Shown piece after piece: positions 55,927 to 64,000 of a stretch of 64,000 bases of DNA; position 1 is the stretch's first letter; each line of letters opens with the position of its first letter. The DNA lies in NCBI GenBank assembly GCA_951406725.2, contig OX597840.1, forward strand, positions 24,304,001 to 24,368,000. The letters run 5' to 3'. Made by a program: the position numbers and the translations under genes. Under the pieces are notes generated by a model. That model did no database searches. It was not told where the DNA came from and saw only the letters and a program-made list of their open reading frames with translations. The stretch comes from Octopus vulgaris. Its lineage: Eukaryota.

Positions 55927-56016
55927 ATGGTTCTAAACGTTGACTACAACTACCTGGGGTCCAGTGGCATGAAGGTTTCCAACATATGCTTTGGCGCCCT
56001 AACTTTTGGCGCTACT
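55927..56016 (+). CDS. Aldo-keto reductase (YajO/Tas-like branch), coding exon 1
   Basis: ACCATGG start context; MVLNVDYNYLGSSGMKVSNICFGALTFGAT then GTAAGT (phase 0). Confidence 0.88.
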
Positions 56017-57740
56017 GTAAGTAAACCCCGTTTTTACACCTTTATTCATTCATCAACTCCCATCCTCATGCTTTCCGAAATCCGTCGAAACTACACCTGA
56101 TTATATATGCACTTTAGATGAGTTGTAGTGCACCTGAGCACTGTACACAATGTTTATTATTATATCCTAACATATTCTAAGCATCCCTAATAATAACGAT
56201 TATAGTAACTTATCGAACTTGGTAAGAAAACCACTAATTTACTATGACGATGGCCTTTACATGGTTACTACTTTCTTTTCGACACCCCCGTAGCAATGTG
56301 AATGTACAGCCCGAAGTTTTAGTGTCATTTTACAATACATTCCTTTTGTTTGGGGCATACCTTCAACAGGTATTCATACACGAACATGCATTTTAGGTGT
56401 GACCCAAACAATAGGGAAATATGTACAAGAGTTTATATACATATTAAGAGAGAGACACAAATTTCGTTTGTTATAATACTTTAAACAGGTTATTGTACGT
56501 CACGCTCGGGGGGGGGGGGGATATTAAGAGCAACACCAGGTATGTTTGAGTTATTAGCGTAAACATGTTTTTATACCTGAAAATAAAAATAAAAACAAGA
56601 TGTACAATCAGAGGTAGATATAAAGTCTCTCTGAGTTATCCCTGAGCCGTTTTCAAATATAAGACACCCCCTCAAAAAACAAAGTATATCATAACCTACC
56701 TACCTACATACCTATGCACCTACCTGCTTACCTACCTATTTGCCTACTTAACTACCTACCTACTTATCTCTCTACTTACCTACCTATCTCTCTACTTAAC
56801 TACCTACCTCTCTACTTACTATTGATACAAGGGTGTTTTATGTTTGTAAAAAATCTCAGCATCCCCCCCCCATTCATTTTTCTTTTTAATTATAAATATT
56901 TTCCTTTCAAATAACGAAGCAGTTAGGTTTCTAGTAGTCCTCGCTGTCCCATTCAGGTGAAGTGGAGAGGCTAAGGGGCGAAACGCTACTGACCCTGAGA
57001 TACCGGCTGATGATAACACAAAGATTTCTAGCACTGCGATGGATTTAAGAGCTTGCAAAATCTCTTAGTAGCTTCTGCAGTTTCTATGTGGGACAAAGCG
57101 CTTCTGATGATTAATTCACCTACCCCACAGACACACACACTCCTTTTAGCTAGGGGTAAATGAAGTATAATGTCTCACCCCTAACCTTAAGCTATATTCA
57201 CTCCCCTCAGGAAAAATTTATCGCATTGCCCAGTCCAGGAGCCTGCGATATCGCGAGCATGAGTATAGTACACAACCCCAATCTCTAGGCCTCCACCCAT
57301 ATGTTATACTACTCGTACACACAGTATTATGTGACATAGGACACACACACACACATGCGCGCAGTATTTGATGGCATAGGACATGCCAGGCATATTAGAC
57401 ACAGCCCTTATTAAATGGGGAAGCTAAGATGTATGGTTATATAGTAGCCTCAGTGTCACCTTGATAAAAGCTTCCCATGGGGCTGACCGCTCAGCCAGCC
57501 AGCTACTCTGCTTCCCCAATTTCAGCAGTGCTTAGCCTAAAATACATTATCTTTAAACAAACCTATCATCACATTAAACTACTTAACAATACAAAAGCAC
57601 TTCAGTTGTAACAGAAAACCTTATTGTTTGTACAGTCAATAGAAAAGCTGAACTTTACTTTCATTTAACATAAACATGTACGTCTTTTAGGACAGAGTTC
57701 AAGATTTTGCTGGAAAATTCCTAAATTAACATAAACATTT

Positions 57741-59370
57741 ATCATCATCATCATCATCATCATTTAGCGTCCGCTTTCCATGCTGGCATGGGTTGGACGG
57801 TTCAGCTGGGGTCTGGGAAGTCAGAAGGCTGCACCAGGCTCTCCAGTCTGATCTGGCAATGTTTCTACAGCTGGATGCCCTTCCTAACGCCAACCACTCC
57901 ATGAGTGTAGTGGGTGCTTTTTACGTGCCACCTGCACAGGTGCCAGGCGAGGCTGGCAAACGGCCACGATCGGATGGTGCTTTTTACGTGCCACTGGCAC
58001 AGGGGCCAGATGAGGCTGGCAACGGCCATGATCGGATGGTGCTTTTTACGTGCCACTGGCACAGGGGCCAGATGAGGCTGGCAACGGCCATGATCGGATG
58101 GTGCTTTTTACGTGCCACTGGCACAGGGGCCAGATGAGGCTGGCAACAGCCATGATCGGATGGTGCTTTTTACGTACCACTGGCACAGGGGCCAGATGAG
58201 GCTGGCAACGGCCATGATCGGATGGTGCTTTTTACGTGCCACTGGCACAGGGGCCAGATGAGGCTGGCAAACGGCCACGATCGGATGGTGCTTTTTACGT
58301 GCCACTGGCACGGGGGCCAGATGAGGCTGGCAAATGGCCATGATCGGATGGTGCTTTTTACGTGCCACTGGCACAGGGGCCAGATGAGGCTGGCAACGGC
58401 CATGATCGGATGGTGCTTTTTACGTGCCACTGGCACAGGGGCCAGATGAGGCTGGCAAACGGCCACGATCGGATGGTGCTTTTTACGTGCCACTGGCACA
58501 GGGGCCAGATGAGGCTGGCAAACGGCCACGATCGGATGGTGCTTTTTACGTGCCACTGGCACAGGGGCCAGATGAGGCTGGCAAACGGCCACGATCGGAT
58601 GGTGCTTTTTACGTGCCACTGGCACGGGGGCCAGATGAGGCTGGCAAATGGCCATGATCGGATGGTGCTTTTTACGTGCCACTGGCACAGGGGCCAGATG
58701 AGGCTGGCAACGGCCATGATCGGATGGTGCTTTTTACGTGCCACTGGCACAGGGGCCAGATGAGGCTGGCAACGGCCACGATCGGATGGTGCTTTTTACG
58801 TGCCACTGGCACAGGGGCCAGATGAGGCTGGCAAACGGCCACGATCGGATGGTGCTTTTTACGTACCACTGGCACAGGGGCCAGATGAGGCTGGCAATGG
58901 CCATGATCGGATGGTGCTTTTTACGTGCCACTGACACAGGGGCCAGATGAGGCTGGCAACGGCCATGATCGGATGGTGCTTTTTACGTGCCACTGGCACA
59001 GGGGCCAGATGAGGCTGGCAACGGCCATGATCGGATGGTGCTTTTTACGTGCCACTGGCACGGGGGCCAGATGAGGCTGGCAAATGGCCATGATCGGATG
59101 GTGCTTTTTACGTGCCACTGGCACAGGGGCCAGATGAGGCTGGCTACGGCCATGATCGGATGGTGCTTTTTACGTGTCACTGGCACAGGGGCCAGATGAG
59201 GCTGGCAACGGCCACGATCGGATGGTGCTTTTTACGTGCCACTGGCACAGGGGCCAGATGAGGCTGGCAAACGGCCACGATCGGATGGTGCTTTTTACGT
59301 GCCGCTGGCACGGGGGCCAGATGAGGCTAGCAACAGCCACGATCGGATGGTGCTTTTTACGTACCACTGG
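57741..59370 (-). repeat. RTE 3' end whose 62/63-bp UTR unit is expanded to about 23 tandem copies (AKR intron 1)
   Basis: Unit GGTGCTTTTTACGTGCCACTGGCACAGGGGCCAGATGAGGCTGGCAA(A)CGGCCA(T/C)GATCGGAT spans about 57913-59370 and adjoins the (CAT)n RTE tail. Confidence 0.9.
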
Positions 59371-60849
59371 TAGCTATTTCTTCTACTTTAAAAAGGGACT
59401 CCCAGAAAAACCAAAATACTTGAAAACATATATATATATATATATAAATTGATAAATAAATAAAATATATACATACATATATGTACGTACCTACCTCTAC
59501 ATGTATATATACATGCATATATGGGTACAGGACACCAAAAAAACGTCGAACACAATGAGAAACGAAAACATAAACACAAAACCAAGGAACTGGACATTTT
59601 TCTTAAACAACGAAAAAATAGAGTACAGGACAAATAACACAAGGAAAATTCCCCTTCTTCAGTCACCATGGTTTCATCTACTCTGCGTTTCGAAGGTCAT
59701 ATCCTGTTAAACCTGCCAACACATGCCAGCATTGAAAACCAATGTTAAATGAAGATAATTACACAAACGAGAGCCAGAATGATTAACTAAAAATTCAAAC
59801 CTGAGCTTCTATTATAATTTCTAAAGTGTCAATGTTCCAAATATTTGTATTTAATCCCATGCTCAAAATATTTTGTTTGAATTGTATCTTTTCAGTGCAA
59901 AATATGGAATTGTATAAAGTAATTAGCAAAGACAATTAATTCACTGAATATTGTTGCATTCCAATCCTTTATTTTTTTTTTGTATAGACAACAAAACAGT
60001 AATTCTTGTGAATCTGAAGAATGGTTTGGTGCCAGAGATATATCGGATAAAACAACCCTATTTTAAAACCATTTCTATTCATCCCATTGCTGCCAAGGAG
60101 TTTTTGGTGGAGATGAAGCCATGTGGTTAGAAGTTTGCTTCCAAACCACGATTCCTGGTTCAGTCCCACTGCACAGCACCTTGAGCAAGTATCTTTTACT
60201 TTGGCCCATGGCTGACCAAAACCTTCTGGATTTGGTAGGCAGAAATGATTCTTTCGGAGAAAGTATATCAAAATTAAGTTTTCGTTCAGCAATTCTTTAA
60301 TAATTTTTCAGCAGAATATGGTGGGTGTGTTAGAACTTCCTGATCAAACTCTTGAATAAAATTGGACAGAGGGGAATTGATATGGCAGTCTAGTCTTTTA
60401 TTTAATACCCACACTGTGTCTATGTATGTGTGTATATATACACGCACGCACAAGCATACCCCCAAAAATGCATAGACATTAGTAATTTAGCTGAAAAAAT
60501 AATTGAAAACAAATTTCTTTACTGAAATTACTAAACAAATATTTTCAATTTTGATGCACTGTCTCTGAAATACAGCCAAGAGAAACTGAAAGAAGCTTGT
60601 CAAAAGGTAATAACCTGAAGGTGCTATATTAGAATATGGCAGGTGTGTTAGAATTTCCTAACCAAAAACTCTCGAATGTTCCGCACAGTGAGATTGAAAC
60701 CGGGAACCATGTCATTGCCGAGTCAACTTCTTAACAACTTTATTCTTAATGTTTAGTTCTTTTTTCTTTATCAGTACTTGACAAAAATTAATGAACTGTT
60801 AATTAATTTTAAGGTCTAATTTTGCTAAATTGTATTTTTTTGTTGATAG

Positions 60850-61001
60850 GATGAAAAAAGTCATCGACCAGGTCAGTTGGATCCCACAGGTTCATATCAA
60901 CTCCTTGACCGTTTTGCCGAATGTGGTGGCAACTTCATTGACACAGCAGATGTCTACACGAACCGTCAGTCAGAGACAATTGTTGGTAATTGGCTCAGCA
61001 G
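60850..61001 (+). CDS. Aldo-keto reductase exon 2 (catalytic Asp and Tyr)
   Basis: TAG| [50 protein letters not shown] |GTAGG; phases 0 and 2 fit the neighbouring exons. Confidence 0.92.
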
Positions 61002-61049
61002 GTAGGAATATAGTTTTCTGTATAAAACGTTTCTGTATAAATCTAATTT

Positions 61050-61710
61050 GTGGAGGTGCATGGCTCAGTGGTTAGAGCGTCGAGCTTACGATCGTGAGGT
61101 TGTGAGTTCGAATCCCGGACCGAGCTGTGTGTTGTGTTCTTGAGCAAGACACTTTATTTCACATTGCTCCAGTTTACTCAGCTGTAGAAATGAGTTGCGA
61201 CGTCACAGGTGCCAAGCTGTATCGGCCCCTTTTGCCTTTCCCTTGGATAACATCAGTGGTGTGAAGAGGAGAGGCTTGTGTGCCTACGTGACTGTTGGTC
61301 TTCCATTATCAACCTTGCCCAGACTTGTGCCTGGGGGGGGGGGGGGTAACTTTCTAGGTGCAATCCCAGGGTCAGTCATGGCCGAAGGGGGTCTTTACCC
61401 TTTACCCTCTGTACATATGATGGCATGGAGAGGTGAGGCTGATATGTATGGGCAACTGCTGGTCTTCCATAAACAACCTTGCCTGGACTTGTGCCTCAGA
61501 GGGGAACATTCTAGGTGCAATCCCACGGTCAGTTATGACCGAAGGGGGTCTTTACCCTATGTACATAGGATGGTGTTGAGAGGAGAGGCTGGTATGCATG
61601 GGCAACTGCTGGTCTTCCATAAACAACCTTGCCCAGACGCCCAGACTTGTGCCTGGGAAGGTAACCTTCTAGGTGCAATCCCACGGTCAGTCATGACCGA
61701 AGGGGGTCTC
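61050..61710 (+). mobile_element. tRNA-derived SINE with a triplicated ~150-bp 3' segment
   Basis: A box TGGCTCAGTGG, B box GTTCGAATCCC; GGTCTTCCAT...AACCTTGCC...CCGAAGGGGGTCT occurs three times. Confidence 0.75.
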
Positions 61711-62036
61711 AAGTCAATAAATCTAATTTAACAGAAGTCAATGTTTGGGGCTGTTTGTAATTAATAATACCGTCACTGGGATTACTAAAGTAAGGTAGCT
61801 CAACTGCAGATTGTTAAGGGACGACATAATTATCTGTGAACCTGATGTCAATTCAAACCAATAAAACGTTCCTATAGGCATAGGAGTGGCTGTGTGGTGA
61901 GTAACTTGCTTATCAATCACATGGTTCTGGGTTCAGTCCCACTGCATGACACCTTGGGCAAGTGTCTTCTACTATAGCCTCGGGCCGACCAAAGCCTTGA
62001 CAATGGATTTGGTAGACGGAAACTGAAAGAAGCCCA

Positions 62037-62083
<47 letters not shown>

Positions 62084-63188
62084 CTGTCCAACCCATGCTA
62101 GCATGGAAAACGGACGCTAAACGATGATGATGATGATGATATATATATATGTGTGTGTGTGTGTCTGTGTTTGTCCCCCCCAACATCGCTTGACAACCGA
62201 TGCTGGTGTGTTTACATCCCTGTAACTTAGCGGTTCGGCAAAAGGAGACTGATAGAATAAGTACTAGGCTTACAAAGAATAAGTCCTGGGGTCGATTTGC
62301 TTGACTAAAGATGGTGCTCCAGCATGGCCACAGTCAAATGACTGAAACCAGTAAAAGGGTAAAAAGATATATAAATCATAATTTGACAGAAGGAAGTGTT
62401 TGGTGTTGTTTGTAATTGATAATACTGTAATTAGGATTACAGCTTATCAGTTGATAGTTAAGCCAACATCCTCATTTAATGTCTGTTTCCCATGCTGTCA
62501 TTGGTTGGACGGTTTAGCAGGAGCAGGCAACCAGAAGATTATGCCAAGCTCTAATGTTCACTTTGGCATGGTTTCTATTGTTGAATGACTTTCCTAATAC
62601 CAGCCACTTTACTGCATGTATGGGGTGCTTTTTTTTTTTTTGCCATCCCACCAACACTATCTGGTGTGCCTGCCCCTGGTCCTGCTCAGTTTTTCTTCGA
62701 GTGAGCTTACTGCAGTCATTCTCTTTTGACGGCTGTAGCTCAAATGCAGCATGTATGCCATAAACATCCTCTTGCCACCAATGAGCGCAGGTTCGCTGCT
62801 CATAAGGAGCTGCTGGCTAGAAAGCATGCGGACTGAGGTCACCCTGCAGCTCATAAAATTATGGAACCCGAGGGAAGCGACATCAGCTCCATGCTAGTGG
62901 ATGAGGGGTTAAAGTATGATTGAAGGGTGGGGGAAGGGCTGGGTCTTATAGAGGAGCTGTATGGTTACTCCCATTCAGAAAAAAAAAGGGGTCAAGAACA
63001 ATCAGTTGGAGATGTTGAAGATGAGGTGTTCAGGTGGCCCCTTAAGGCCTAAGCTGAGTAGAAGTGGGTGGGTAAGGGTTTTGAAAGATTGTGCGGAGCA
63101 ACATGTCTGTGTGTGTGTGTCTGTCTGTGCGTCTCTCTCTGTGGGTGTGTACACGCGTTTATGTATTTTTGTTTTTAATTTTTCTTAG

Positions 63189-63351
63189 TAAAGAAAGGAG
63201 CAGGTATGTTATCGCCACTAAGGTCCGGGTCAACACCAACCCCAACGACCCGACCGACGTCAATGCTGTTGGGCTCAGTCGTAAACACATTGTGGCCGGC
63301 TTGGAGAAGAGTCTTGAGTGTCTGCAGACCAATTATGTGGACCTTTATCAG
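63189..63351 (+). CDS. Aldo-keto reductase exon 3 (catalytic Lys); the gene continues past the window
   Basis: TTTCTTAG|T then [14 protein letters not shown]...[27 protein letters not shown]|GTAAGT; phase 2 matches exon 2. Confidence 0.92.
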
Positions 63352-63614
63352 GTAAGTCCCCACTTACTATAATGCACACACATTCAAATTTTGTAGGGAG
63401 GAGTTAGAATAGCATAGAAAGGATAAAGTATCCGTAGTAGTTATTTAGTCCAGTTAGATCCGATCTTAGCTGGCCAGTGATAAAACACATTCCAAACAAG
63501 ACCACCCTGTCTTGTTTTCAGGAATAGTCTACAAAATGGGCCGGAAAGTTCCTGGCTTAGGGATAAATGAAAATAGAGGAGGATCAGTTAATTATGATTT
63601 TATTCAACATATTC

Positions 63615-63877
63615 CCCGACTGGTCTCCGTGCCAGTGGCACATAAAAAGCACCATTTGATCGTGGCCATTTGCCAGCCTCGTCTGGCACCTGTACCAGTG
63701 GCACGTAAAAAGCACCCACTACACTCATAGAGTGGTTGGCGTTAGGAAGGGCATCCAGCCGTAGAAACATTGCCAGATCAGACTGAGCCATGGTGCAGCC
63801 TCCTGGCTTCCCAGATCCTGGTCGAACCGTCCAACCCATGCCAGCATGGAAAGCGGACGCTAAACGATGATGATGAT
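63615..63877 (+). mobile_element. RTE 3' UTR fragment with (GAT)n tail
   Basis: Matches 1860-2095. Confidence 0.8.
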
Positions 63878-64000
63878 TCCCCTCTCAGATTCACACACTT
63901 ATTACAGTGGTCCTTGAGTTTTTCTAAGCCCTGTATAAGAACTTGGAAAGACGGGTCTCCATCTAGGCCTTAGAGAAGAGTCTTGAGTGTTTGCAGACCA

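Noticed and set aside
57913-59370. CRISPR-like regular array
   Set aside because: Units are contiguous with no unique spacers, derive from the RTE 3'UTR, and there are no cas genes; the context is eukaryotic.
62690-62990. Possible old LINE fragment
   Set aside because: The similarity is too weak to support by eye.

Overview
AT-rich, microsatellite- and SINE-dense animal DNA; the repeat families and the long C2H2 arrays suggest a coleoid cephalopod, probably Octopus (inference). About 2-45.4 kb is a tandem segmental array of four minus-strand C2H2 zinc-finger units: U1 898 aa, U2 259 aa, U3 724 aa, U4 753 aa. All four share a putative non-coding first exon with an ETS motif, an intron and a 5'UTR, and each ORF is followed by decayed fingers. 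About 45.4-55.8 kb is nested mobile-element debris: SINEs, CR1-like LINEs, a Tc1-type end, MITEs and a telomeric array inserted in a LINE relic. From 55.9 kb are the first three exons of a plus-strand aldo-keto reductase. Main observations: a FAM162-like mRNA retrocopy fused to an RTE 3' tail; an apparent SINE-mediated promoter/coding-exon swap in U2; in-frame UAG stops followed by more fingers (possible A-to-I readthrough); three kinds of Penelope-type hammerhead-like motif; and an interstitial telomere with a repeated non-canonical spacer. All homology calls come from reading motifs by eye; no searches were run.
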